A stretch of 49,005 nt of DNA from Gammaproteobacteria bacterium (GCA_041492115.1 JBGPWJ010000001.1:1-49005); one strand, 5' to 3'. Shown: positions 1 through 9,190, counted from the stretch's first letter. The notes: a model not told the origin generated them from the sequence alone. Program-made: numbers and translations.

Positions 1-1
1 G

Positions 2-1570
2 GCGGCGTGCGCGGATTGTCATACCACCGTGGCGTGGTCGCCCTCACATTTTGATCACAGTGGTGTGAGCGGGAGCTGCGCGAGTTGCCATAACGGCAAC
101 ACGGCAACGGGCAAACCGACCAACCATGTAAATACTTCGGCGGCCTGCGATACCTGTCATACCACTAGTGCCTGGACACCGGCCGGCTTCGATCATTCCG
201 GTGTCAGCGGCAATTGTATCAGTTGTCATAACGGCAGCACCGCCACGGGCAAGTCGTCTGCGCACATCGCTACCTCCGCTACGTGCGAGACCTGCCACGT
301 CACCAGTTCGTGGACCAGCGTGCATTTCGATCACAGCGCCGCGATAGGCGGTTGTTCAAGTTGTCACAACGGCAAGAACGCCACCGGCAAATCGGCCACC
401 CATGTCGCTACCAGTGCGACCTGCGAAATTTGTCATAGCACCGCGGCTTGGAAACCCGCGAATTTTGATCACAGTGCCGTCACCGGCAGCTGTGCCAGCT
501 GCCACAATGGCACGACCGCCACCGGCAAGTCGGCCACACACGTTACGACCAGTGCAAGCTGCGATACCTGTCATAGCAGCACGGCCTGGAAACCGGCGCA
601 TTTCGATCACAATGCCGTCACCGGCAGTTGTGCCAGTTGCCACAACGGCACGACAGCAACCGGCAAACCGTCTACCCACGTTGCCACCAGTGCCGCGTGC
701 GATACCTGTCATAGCAGTACCACTTCGTGGGCAGCAGCGACCTTCGATCACAGTGCCGTAACCGGTGTCTGCAGCACCTGCCATAATGGTAAGACCGCCA
801 CCGGGAAGACCACCACGCATATTGCCAGTACCACGGTCTGCGATGACTGCCATACCACGGCGGCGTGGAAGCCGGCGCATGTCGACCACAGTGCAGTGAC
901 TGGAACCTGCGCCAGTTGCCACAATGGCAAGACCGCCACGGGAAAACCAACCACGCATGTGGCTACCAGTGCGGCGTGTGACACTTGTCATACCACGACA
1001 GCCTGGTTACCCGCGCGTTTCGATCACAGCGCGGTAACCGGCAGTTGTTCGAGCTGTCATAACGGCACAACCGCCACCGGCAAGCCGGTCACGCACATCG
1101 CCAGCACCAACATCTGCGACGACTGCCACACCAGCGTGGCATGGAAGCCGGCACGGATTGATCACAGTGCCGTCATAGGCACCTGTGCCAGCTGTCACAA
1201 CGGCACGAAGGCGACCGGAAAGCCCGCAACACATGTGCCTACCAGCGCCAGTTGCGATGATTGTCACACCACCACGGCATGGACACCGGCGCGATTCGAT
1301 CACAATGCGGTGACCGGTGCATGCACGTCCTGCCACAACGGCACTACCGCCACCGGTAAGTCAACCACGCACGTCAGCACGTCATCGGATTGCGGATCAT
1401 GCCACAGCACAGTGGCCTGGACGCCTGCCAATTTCGATCACAATGCCGTGACCGGTTCCTGTTCCACCTGCCACAACGGCGTGACCGCCACCGGCAAGAC
1501 GACCTCGCACTTCGTGACATCGCTGCAGTGCGACACCTGCCACACCACGACGCTGTGGACTCAGCTTACC
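2..1570 (+). repeat. In-frame tandem repeat, period 138 bp (46 codons), 11 full copies plus partial first copy
   Basis: The FDH/VDH/IDH register recurs at aa 8, 54, 100, 146, 192, 239, 285, 331, 377, 423 and 469 of the ORF-track protein. One unit carries a single extra codon. Confidence 0.85.
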
Positions 1571-1816
1571 TTCCGGCACAGTTCGGGAAGTTATCCGGGT
1601 GACCATGCCGGGCAACTTGCCTGTAACGCCTGCCACACAAGCAACAGCCAGACGGTGGTTTATCCCTACTCTGCCTATAAACCGGATTGTGCGGGCTGTC
1701 ACGCAAATAAATACAAGGCGGATGACCACAACAATGTGCCTGTCGCCACCAACAGGGATTGCGCAGGAAGCTGCCATAGACACCGCGTCACGGATGGCAG
1801 CTTTGGAGGGGGCTGA
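2..1816 (+). CDS. Very large multiheme c-type cytochrome made of tandem diheme modules (5' end cut by window edge; the ORF-track GTG at 29 is internal)
   Basis: The frame is open from nt 2 (AACADCHTTVAW...), so the gene continues upstream of the window. I count 25 CXXCH motifs plus one CX3CH (CAGSCH). Eleven consecutive 46-aa units have the form FDH-x6-CxSCHNG-x2-ATGK-x3-H(V/I)-x5-CxxCH-x3-W. This resembles the doubled/paired-CXXCH cytochrome family. Confidence 0.9.
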   Translation, partial: AACADCHTTVAWSPSHFDHSGVSGSCASCHNGNTATGKPTNHVNTSAACDTCHTTSAWTPAGFDHSGVSGNCISCHNGSTATGKSSAHIATSATCETCHVTSSWTSVHFDHSAAIGGCSSCHNGKNATGKSATHVATSATCEICHSTAAWKPANFDHSAVTGSCASCHNGTTATGKSATHVTTSASCDTCHSSTAWKPAHFDHNAVTGSCASCHNGTTATGKPSTHVATSAACDTCHSSTTSWAAATFDHSAVTGVCSTCHNGKTATGKTTTHIASTTVCDDCHTTAAWKPAHVDHSAVTGTCASCHNGKTATGKPTTHVATSAACDTCHTTTAWLPARFDHSAVTGSCSSCHNGTTATGKPVTHIASTNICDDCHTSVAWKPARIDHSAVIGTCASCHNGTKATGKPATHVPTSASCDDCHTTTAWTPARFDHNAVTGACTSCHNGTTATGKSTTHVSTSSDCGSCHSTVAWTPANFDHNAVTGSCSTCHNGVTATGKTTSHFVTSLQCDTCHTTTLWTQLTFRHSSGSYPGDHAGQLACNACHTSNSQTVVYPYSAYKPDCAGCHANKYKADDHNNVPVATNRDCAGSCHRHRVTDGSFGGG

Positions 1817-1849
1817 GATGCGGCAAACAATCAACGAGAGACAACTAAC

Positions 1850-4015
1850 ATGAGACGTCTGATGAATTTTGCTTGCGCGGCCGGCGTCGCGTGTGTCATG
1901 GCATGCATGCCGCTGCGGGTCAGCGCGCAAGCGGATGTGCTTGGCATCCTCGATACCCTGGACGTCAGCAGTCATGACGAGGGTGCCGCAGTGACGATCA
2001 AGTTCAATGTGCCCATACATTATGTGCGTCACTTTCCGGTCGATGAGGGTGATGTTGTGCAGATCACCGTGCAGGCGGTGGCGGTGGGTACGTTGAACGA
2101 GGAGCAACTGCAACGTCGCGAGTCACTCACCTGGACACCAAGCCGGGAGTTGCCACTCTCCGATGTGAGCTATGAAGGCGACATCAGCAATGGTCCGAAT
2201 CTGATCGTGCGCTTTCGTCATCCGGTAAAATACAAAGTAGAGGAGGGGGCCGATTCGCGCAGTATCATCGTCACGGTCGCAAAACCACAAGCGCTGCCCG
2301 AGGCGCCGGCTGCTCCGCATCCCGCCCTGCCAGCTGCACCCGCACCTGTGACTGCGCCGAGCATACCGATGCTGGAACCAGCGTCCGACAGCAAGGCCGA
2401 GGAATGGATGAACCAGGGCCGCCAAGCCATGACCGCGAACGATTATCCGCAGGCGATCCGTGTTTTCACCAAGGTGCTGCAGCATCCCGGACACAAGTAT
2501 CTGCCCGAGGCCAAGGAGCTGCTTGGTCTGGCGCGTGAACGCAATAAGCAGCTCGCGCATGCCAGGGCCGAATACGAGGAATACCTTAGACTGTATCCAC
2601 AGGGTGAGGGCGCCGAGCGTGTCCGCCAGCGTCTCAATGCGCTGCTCACGGCGCGCGAACCCGGCAAAGAGAAACTGCGCGGTGCCAAAGGCGGCGTACA
2701 AGCGGCGGCCGGCGGCATGATAGTTAACGGCAGCGTGTCGCAGTATTACCGACGCGATGTCAACAGCACCGACCAGACGGGTGCGGTCGTCACTCAGTCA
2801 TCGCTCACCAATTATCTGGATCTCGGCAGTCGCTGGCGCGGAGAACGCTATGATATGCGCAGCCAGTTCACCGGCAGTTACATTCACGACTTTCTACGCA
2901 ATGTTGCCAGCGGCGGCACCACCAGTGGTGCGCGCGTGAGCTCACTTTACGTGGATGCCAGCGACCGCCAGCATCAACTGTCTGCCAAGGTCGGTCGGCA
3001 GACGCGCAGCAGCGGCGGTGTGCTGGGGCGTTTCGATGGCGGCTTGTTCAGTGTCGGCGTCATGCCGAAGTGGAAGCTCAATGCCGTGGCCGGCGCACCC
3101 GTGGATCTGAGTTCGGATAACGGCATTCAGACCGATCACACATTGTACGGCGCGAGTTTGGATGGCGGCACCTTCGCCCAACATTGGGATACCAGCTTCT
3201 TCGCCATCCATCAGACCGTGAACGGCATTACCGACCGGACCGCGATTGGCTCGGAGTTACGCTACATCACACCCACTGCCTCGGTATTCACGCTGGCCGA
3301 CTATGACGTTTCCTATGCGCTGTTGAATACCGTGCTCACCTTGGCCAACTGGCAGTTTGAAGGTGGTTCCGGACTCAACATGGTGCTGGACTACCGTCTG
3401 AGCCCGACCCTTACCACCAGCAATGCGCTGCAGGGTCAACCCTTCGCCAGCATTAAGGATATGTTGGCAGCCATGAGTGAGTCCCAGGTGCGGCAATTGG
3501 CGGTTGATCGCACGGCGCGCTCCAAATCGGCAACGCTCGGCGGCAATGTGCCGCTTAACCAGAAATTGCAACTCTCCGGCGACATCACACTGTCGAATCT
3601 TGGCAGTATGCCCGCCTCCGGCGGTGTTGATGCCGTCGATGGTACAGGCAACGAGTATATCTACTCCGTGCAACTGATTGGCAGCAGTCTACTCAAGGAA
3701 GGCGATGTCTCGATTCTCGGTGTACGCTACTACGATGCCAAAGACTCCAGGACCAGTTCGCTGATTGTCAACACCCGCTACCCGGTAACCAACGACTGGC
3801 GCATCAACCCGCGTCTGCGCATCGATTACAAGACCAGCACCACCAGCGGCAATACCGTCACCTACAAACCTCAACTGCGGACCGATTACCGTTTGCGCAA
3901 GGAGCTTACCTTTGAACTGGAAGGAGGTCTTGAGTGGGATGATCAGAGTGGTGTCGCCGCAGCGCAGAACTCAAAAGGCTATTACTTCAGCCTCGGCTAT
4001 CGATGGAATTTTTAG
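1850..4015 (+). CDS. Outer-membrane protein: signal peptide, AMIN-like N-domain (tentative), Pro/Ala linker, TPR segment, large C-terminal beta-barrel
   Basis: The Sec signal is MRRLMNFACAAGVACVMACMPLRVSA-QA. A PA-rich linker (PEAPAAPHPALPAAPAPVTAPSIP) follows. The TPR-like helices read NDYPQAIRVFTKVL...AEYEEYLRLYPQGEGAERVRQRL. About 430 aa of alternating beta-strand pattern end in YYFSLGYRWNF, a terminal aromatic typical of OMPs. The gene starts 34 nt after the cytochrome stop. Confidence 0.8.
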   Translation: MRRLMNFACAAGVACVMACMPLRVSAQADVLGILDTLDVSSHDEGAAVTIKFNVPIHYVRHFPVDEGDVVQITVQAVAVGTLNEEQLQRRESLTWTPSRELPLSDVSYEGDISNGPNLIVRFRHPVKYKVEEGADSRSIIVTVAKPQALPEAPAAPHPALPAAPAPVTAPSIPMLEPASDSKAEEWMNQGRQAMTANDYPQAIRVFTKVLQHPGHKYLPEAKELLGLARERNKQLAHARAEYEEYLRLYPQGEGAERVRQRLNALLTAREPGKEKLRGAKGGVQAAAGGMIVNGSVSQYYRRDVNSTDQTGAVVTQSSLTNYLDLGSRWRGERYDMRSQFTGSYIHDFLRNVASGGTTSGARVSSLYVDASDRQHQLSAKVGRQTRSSGGVLGRFDGGLFSVGVMPKWKLNAVAGAPVDLSSDNGIQTDHTLYGASLDGGTFAQHWDTSFFAIHQTVNGITDRTAIGSELRYITPTASVFTLADYDVSYALLNTVLTLANWQFEGGSGLNMVLDYRLSPTLTTSNALQGQPFASIKDMLAAMSESQVRQLAVDRTARSKSATLGGNVPLNQKLQLSGDITLSNLGSMPASGGVDAVDGTGNEYIYSVQLIGSSLLKEGDVSILGVRYYDAKDSRTSSLIVNTRYPVTNDWRINPRLRIDYKTSTTSGNTVTYKPQLRTDYRLRKELTFELEGGLEWDDQSGVAAAQNSKGYYFSLGYRWNF

Positions 4016-4136
4016 GCCGGATTATCAGATGATCAACCACTGCCTGCGAACGAACGTAAACGTCAATTCAACCACACCCTACCAAGCATTTGGCTGAACG
4101 TTTGGCGTAACCATTTTCTCAAGCGAGGAGATAGGC

Positions 4137-4410
4137 ATGACGAGACGTTCACAAGTGCAATGGCGTGATTTGTTTCGGGCGCAGGAGGCCAGTGGACAGA
4201 GCGCCGCGGCGTTTTGTAGCGAGCAAGATGTGGTGTGATCGTTTTGCAAACCCGAGGCGACGGGCTCACAGAAAAGGCGCCGACCATTCCCTGTCCAGTG
4301 CAACCGACTCCCTGTCTCTAATCGCATTAATCGGTTCGTCTCTTCGTTGCAATCGTCAAGGAGGAGGGTTGACGGTTACGAAAGACCCGTGGATGAGGAG
4401 GTGGAGGTGA
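4137..4410 (+). pseudogene. Possible degraded IS66-family accessory (TnpA-like) gene remnant
   Basis: An RBS (GAGGAG) precedes an ATG at 4137, giving MTRRSQVQWRDLFRAQEASGQSAAAFCSEQDVV followed by a stop. The pattern RRS-x2-W-x2-L-x3-Q-x2-SG-x-S-x2-AFC resembles the N-termini of IS66 accessory proteins as I recall them. The rest is out of frame and unrecognisable. It sits at the GC drop. Confidence 0.3.
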
Positions 4411-4593
4411 ATTATGTAAGTATTTGTCCTACAAGGAGCGGGCGTTATGTCCTATGTCCATGTGTTAGCATAATGTTAATATGAATTCAGTAATATTCAG
4501 CAGGAATGAACTGTCAGTACTAAACTTATCTTATTCCGTGCTGGTAAGACATTTTCTAATATAACAACAAGTTACCGATGTGACTTAATATTT

Positions 4594-7500
4594 ATGCCGT
4601 ACGCCTTCGATCTTAATAAAGTTCGCCTTCCTCGTGGAGCCGAGGTTTATCCCCGTACGCGGTTGTTCCGTTGGCTGGATCAGGCCTGCGCAGCTAACCC
4701 TATCATATGGATAGCCGGTCCCCCAGGGTCGGGAAAAACCACGCTCATCAATAGTTACCTCGCTTATCGTAACTTAACGAAAATTACTCACATTATCCAT
4801 CACTCAGATGCAAGCCCAGGCAATTTGCATGTGGCACTCGGGCGGCACTTGCAGTTGGATATACGGCCGGAAGGCGACGAACCAGACCAATCATACGCTG
4901 CAAGAGACACATCATGGTCTGTGTGCGAGAGCAGGACAATAAGTGGGTTGTGTGCGATAGCTGCCGCGCAGGTGATAGTGTTCGATGGTTGCGAGGAAAT
5001 ATCTGATGAAGCGGAGACATTTCAGTATCTTAGTGATGATTTTGAGCGTTTGCCTGAAGGTCGCACGATAATCTTCATCAGTCGCAGCGGACCACCATCA
5101 GCGTTCACGCGCTGGTCTGTAGACCAGCGGATGGCCGTTCTTGGCTGGGATGAGTTGCGTCTGACGCCGGAAGAGTCCTTGGGGATTGCGCGTCTGCGCG
5201 GATGCAAATCACGTGAACACGGTGCCGTGATGCAGGCGCATGAACGGGCTTCGGGCTGGCTGGCCGGGTTACTACTGATGCTGCAGGAGATGACGCCTGG
5301 GCGCCAAAAACATTCGTCTCTCACGCGCAGAGCGGAAAAGAACATCCACGATTATTTCCAATCGGAAATATTCGGTCGTTCAGATGCCCGCACACAAGAA
5401 TTCCTCATGGCGACCGCGTTGCTTCAGGGCATGACGGTGCAAATGGTAGAACAGTTGACCGGTGACCAAGCCGCACAGAATATGTTGGCGGACTTGTGTC
5501 ATAAGCATTACTTCACTGATCGTCATGCGCTGCAAAGTAATCTATACCAATACCATCCTTTGTTCAGACACTTTCTCCTGACCCAGGCAAATGCCTGCCT
5601 GCCCCCTGACCAGTTGGCCGGCTTGCAACGTCGTGCGGCTGAATTACTGGAGGGTAATGGTCAGATCGAAGGCGCCGCAATGCAGTTGATAAATGCACAG
5701 GATTGGGAGGGGTTATTGCGGCTGGTCTCGCGTCACTTCGCGGGACTGCTCAGGCAAGGGCGGGCGCAGACCGTGGAATCATGGTTGCATGCGTTGCCGA
5801 CGACAATTATGACCGCCGCTCCCTGGGCGCTTTATTGGATGGGGGCATGCCATCTTACACACTGTGACCGTTCCGGGTGCGCGGATTTTTCCCGTGCGTA
5901 CACCCTGTTCGACAAAGAGGGCAACGCGGAGGGCATGTTGCTGTCCTGGTCGGGAACGGTCGACTCGCTGCTTGCGGCGCATGAGTATCACGAGTTGGAT
6001 CAATGGATCGACAAAATGGATGAGTACCTGGGAAGTAACAGGGACTTTCCATCGCAGGACTGTGAGCATCGGGTTGCGGCGAGTATGTTTTCGGCGCTTT
6101 TGTACAGGCAGCCGGGACGGTGCGATTTTGGCCAATGGCAAGAGCGGGTCAAGACCTGTATGCATCAATCCGGAGATGCCGCGCAGATCATCGCTATGAC
6201 GCGTCGTCTGCTGCAGTACCAGATATGGTTCGGCAGCGCCGCCGCTTGCGCAGTGATTATGGATACGGTACGAATCCTGGCACAACTTCCCGACCAGGCG
6301 CCAGATATATTGATTCAATGCGGGCTGGCCGAATGTGTCCATTTGTGGTTTACGGCCGCGTTCGAAGAGTGCCTGAAAACAGTAAGCAGTACTCTGGATG
6401 TCGCGCGGGAGTCAGGTTTGCATCGCTGGGATAATGAATTATATGGCCTTGGCGTGTCCGCCAGCATGGGTCTGTCGAACTATCCGGAAGCTCAGGACTG
6501 GCTGCAGAAGATGAGCATGACCCTCTATTTAAGGCCGCGCTATGAGACGGCGCAGTATCACTTCCTGTCGGCATGGTGCGAGATGGCTTGTGGTGATGCC
6601 GAGAGTGCATTTGAGCATGCGGATACGGCACGCAGGATGTTTGTCGCTTCCGGTGCGATCCTGGATCTGGCGCTAACCGATGTCGGGCTTGCGCAAATAA
6701 GCTTCGAGTGTGGTGATGCCGAAATTGCGGCAGCTCATCTTGATGCCGCTCGTGAACTCGCATCAATTACTGGGAGTTCCCATCTCGCATTTCTATGTCA
6801 TATCATCCATTGCTCTCTCGATGGTGGTAAAGGTGCAAGAAATAGCTCCCGCGACAGGCTGGCACATGCCTTTGCGCTTGGCAGTCAATATGATTATCAA
6901 AACACATTCTGGTGGCAGCGCAAGCTGGTCGCGCAAGTATCATCTCTTGCATTGTCATATGGCATTGAGGTTGATTATGTTCAGTCCCTTGTGCGGCGAC
7001 ATGAACTCACGTTGGACAATCCGCCATTAGCCATCGAGAATTGGCCTTGGCTGCTCAAGATTTATACGCTTGGACGTTTCTCGCTGCTGAAGTATGACCA
7101 ACCTTTATTGGCCTCGCGCAAGGCGCAGCATAAACCGCTGGAGTTGATCAAGGTACTGATAGCATTTGGAGGCCGAGAGGTGAGTGTCGATCTGCTGGCC
7201 TCAGTTCTGTGGCCAGATGCGGAAGGTGATGCCGGGAAAAATGCCTTTGACATCACCTTGCATCGCCTCAGAAAAATGATTGGCGCGGATAAGGTTCTGA
7301 TCCTGAGGGATGGCAGGCTTACGCTGGATAGCCGCTATTGCTGGGTTGACACTTGGGCTCTGGAACGCATGATCGGCCAGGTCGACGTGGCGTTGCGGAG
7401 TGACCGCCAGGATGCCGATGTCATTATGCAGATGTCTTCTGCAATTCTTGCGCTTTACCAGGGTCATTACCTTGGCAAGGAATATTCTCAGCCGTGGTCG

Positions 7501-7794
7501 TTGAACCTTCGCGAGCGGTTGAGGAGTAAGTATCTGCGCCATGTCACGGATATCGCGCATTACCTGGAAAAAAATCAGCGTTGGGAAGATGCCATTGTGT
7601 ATTACCAGAAAGGATTGGAGGTCGATGACCTTGCTGAGCAGTTCTACCAGTCGTTCATGATTTGTTATCAACAGCTCGGGCGTCGCAGTGAAGCGCTGGC
7701 GGTTTACCGCCGCTGCCGAAGTGCGCTGTCAATTATCCTGGGCATCGAGCCATCCTCTGTAACCGAGTCTATTCGAAAAAGTCTGCTTTCCTGA
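4594..7794 (+). CDS. STAND-type (MalT-like) P-loop ATPase regulator with C-terminal OmpR-type winged helix plus BTAD (SARP-type) output
   Basis: Walker A GPPGSGKTT lies near aa 43. A long helical sensor region follows. The C-terminus matches the trans_reg_C plus BTAD pattern: LKIYTLGRFSLL...KPLELIKVLIAFGGREVSVDLLASVLWPD...ITLHRLRKMIG...ALYQGHYLGKEY..W...RERLRSKYL...AEQFYQSFMICYQQLGRRSEALAVYRRCRSALSIILGIEPS. Confidence 0.85.
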   Translation: MPYAFDLNKVRLPRGAEVYPRTRLFRWLDQACAANPIIWIAGPPGSGKTTLINSYLAYRNLTKITHIIHHSDASPGNLHVALGRHLQLDIRPEGDEPDQSYAARDTSWSVCESRTISGLCAIAAAQVIVFDGCEEISDEAETFQYLSDDFERLPEGRTIIFISRSGPPSAFTRWSVDQRMAVLGWDELRLTPEESLGIARLRGCKSREHGAVMQAHERASGWLAGLLLMLQEMTPGRQKHSSLTRRAEKNIHDYFQSEIFGRSDARTQEFLMATALLQGMTVQMVEQLTGDQAAQNMLADLCHKHYFTDRHALQSNLYQYHPLFRHFLLTQANACLPPDQLAGLQRRAAELLEGNGQIEGAAMQLINAQDWEGLLRLVSRHFAGLLRQGRAQTVESWLHALPTTIMTAAPWALYWMGACHLTHCDRSGCADFSRAYTLFDKEGNAEGMLLSWSGTVDSLLAAHEYHELDQWIDKMDEYLGSNRDFPSQDCEHRVAASMFSALLYRQPGRCDFGQWQERVKTCMHQSGDAAQIIAMTRRLLQYQIWFGSAAACAVIMDTVRILAQLPDQAPDILIQCGLAECVHLWFTAAFEECLKTVSSTLDVARESGLHRWDNELYGLGVSASMGLSNYPEAQDWLQKMSMTLYLRPRYETAQYHFLSAWCEMACGDAESAFEHADTARRMFVASGAILDLALTDVGLAQISFECGDAEIAAAHLDAARELASITGSSHLAFLCHIIHCSLDGGKGARNSSRDRLAHAFALGSQYDYQNTFWWQRKLVAQVSSLALSYGIEVDYVQSLVRRHELTLDNPPLAIENWPWLLKIYTLGRFSLLKYDQPLLASRKAQHKPLELIKVLIAFGGREVSVDLLASVLWPDAEGDAGKNAFDITLHRLRKMIGADKVLILRDGRLTLDSRYCWVDTWALERMIGQVDVALRSDRQDADVIMQMSSAILALYQGHYLGKEYSQPWSLNLRERLRSKYLRHVTDIAHYLEKNQRWEDAIVYYQKGLEVDDLAEQFYQSFMICYQQLGRRSEALAVYRRCRSALSIILGIEPSSVTESIRKSLLS

Positions 7795-8039
7795 GTTTCT
7801 TCAGTAACACCACCGCCTGTAGTTAGTCAGATTAAAACCACTCTCGCCAGTGATACGGCTGGAGTTGCCGTGCCTGTCATTCCGCACTTAGTCATTTCCT
7901 TTCAAATAGTCGCGAATCAAATCACACATTTTATCTGTCACAGCTTCTTGAGCATCGCTCAATCCGAATTTACATGGTGTTTACGGTCGAAGTAATTTGC
8001 CGCACTTTGATACTTGCCTGCCTTCATCAATATTCGAAT

Positions 8040-8058
8040 CTGTAAGTCATCTGTAAGT
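8040..8058 (+). promoter_or_regulatory. Exact direct repeat CTGTAAGT-N3-CTGTAAGT (11-bp phasing), candidate SARP-type activator site
   Basis: CTGTAAGT occurs at 8040-8047 and again at 8051-8058, about 62 bp upstream of the ATG at 8120. The heptamer TGTAAGT also occurs at 4415-4421 upstream of the STAND-SARP gene, followed by TGT-initiated heptamers at 4425, 4448, 4455 and 4461. Confidence 0.35.
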
Positions 8059-8119
8059 GCTTTGAAGGCAATCTACCCATGAGAAAAAATATTTATCAAT
8101 AAAACTAATAGGTGGATCA

Positions 8120-8326
8120 ATGGAAAATTACATCGTGCGTGTCTATCGGCGAGACATTCAAAACACATGCGGAGTCACTGGCCTTGTAGAAAACGTTGAG
8201 AACGAAGAGAAACTGGTGTTCCACAGTCTCGAAGAGCTTTGTTCAATTCTTTCGATAAATCCTGTGAAGGCGCAAGACGAGCAACATTTTGACGCTGTGC
8301 AAGTGGGGCCTCGGCAAAGAAGTTAG
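8120..8326 (+). CDS. Small hypothetical protein (68 aa)
   Basis: An RBS (AGGTGG) lies 5 nt before the ATG. The N-terminal IVRVYRRD...G.VE....E...F.SLEEL motif looks like a conserved small-protein family, but I cannot name it. Confidence 0.45.
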   Translation: MENYIVRVYRRDIQNTCGVTGLVENVENEEKLVFHSLEELCSILSINPVKAQDEQHFDAVQVGPRQRS

Positions 8327-8440
8327 ACGAAAATTTAATTATGCAATACGGCCATGTAGTTATTTGATTATCTGATCATGGCGGCTGGCATATAAAAATA
8401 CTGATTTTTTTAAAGATAACTAATTCATAAAGGTGATCAA

Positions 8441-9190
8441 ATGAATAAGAAAATATGCAATGCGCTGGTAGGAGTAGCGGTAGGTCTTGCGGTAAGTGGC
8501 GCGGCAGTGGCAAGCTCTGTGAGTTACTACCTGGATAAGTCAAATACGACCAGCCTGTTCCCTGACAACACCGATTATTTGCAAGTGACAATCGATGATC
8601 TTGGCCTTGCAAATGACAAGATATACTTCACTGTCACGCCGCTTGCCCCGCTGACATCAATCGCCGGGTCCAATTTCGGGATAGACAAATTCGCATTCAA
8701 TGGGCCGACGCTTGCTCAGTCAAATATCGGGCTGGCGGGGTGGTCATTGAGTAATAACAAGAACGTCTCCATTTTCGGCAAGTTCAACAACCTCCTTAAG
8801 GGTGGCGGTAATAGTCGCAGTAATCCGCTGACATTCTCTATAAGCGCCGGCAACGATACGATAGCCAGTTATGCGGCTGTACTATCGAATGGCTCTGCAT
8901 TCTTTGCTGCGCATGTGGCGGGTTTCGATATTGCCTGCAGCAATGGCGGATCTGATGATGAGAAATTTAACAAAAATATCAGAAGGAGCCACTCCTCGTT
9001 CATTCACCATTCAACATCGCATGAAGGTGACGGCGGCAATTGTGAACGTTCCACAAGTGCCTATTTCGGTGGGTCAACAAGTCGTCTTGTGCCGCTGACA
9101 AGTGCAGTGCCGGTGCCGGCAGCGGCTTGGCTGTTCGCAAGTGGCTTGATTGGCATGGTTTGTGTGTCACGTCGCAGCCGCACGAAATGA
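8441..9190 (+). CDS. PEP-CTERM / VPLPA-CTERM-type secreted protein (putative exosortase substrate)
   Basis: The N-terminal signal peptide is MNKKICNALVGVAVGLAVSGAAVA. The C-terminal sorting tail is VPVPAAAWLFASGLIGMVCVSRRSRTK (a Pro motif, a TM helix and a basic cluster). An RBS (AAGGTGA) is present. Confidence 0.85.
   Translation: MNKKICNALVGVAVGLAVSGAAVASSVSYYLDKSNTTSLFPDNTDYLQVTIDDLGLANDKIYFTVTPLAPLTSIAGSNFGIDKFAFNGPTLAQSNIGLAGWSLSNNKNVSIFGKFNNLLKGGGNSRSNPLTFSISAGNDTIASYAAVLSNGSAFFAAHVAGFDIACSNGGSDDEKFNKNIRRSHSSFIHHSTSHEGDGGNCERSTSAYFGGSTSRLVPLTSAVPVPAAAWLFASGLIGMVCVSRRSRTK

Noticed and set aside
2-1570. Whether the regular 138-bp repeats could be a CRISPR-like or satellite array.
   Set aside because: The repeats are contiguous with no unique spacers, they maintain one open reading frame, and they encode conserved heme-binding modules. 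This is a coding tandem duplication.
44-2113. Several long minus-strand and alternate-frame ORFs overlapping the repeat cytochrome gene (44..334, 356..991, 402..761, 1007..1336, 1397..2113).
   Set aside because: These are antisense or off-frame readings of a GC-rich tandem repeat. The products are Gly/Arg/Ala-rich with no motifs, whereas the plus-strand frame has a regular CXXCH architecture.
7925-8010. A short minus-strand reading frame ending ...LSDAQEAVTDKMCDLIRDYLKGND in the AT-rich spacer after the STAND regulator.
   Set aside because: Only about 24 codons are open after an in-frame stop, with no ATG or RBS. It may be a relic of an older gene but is not supportable as a feature.
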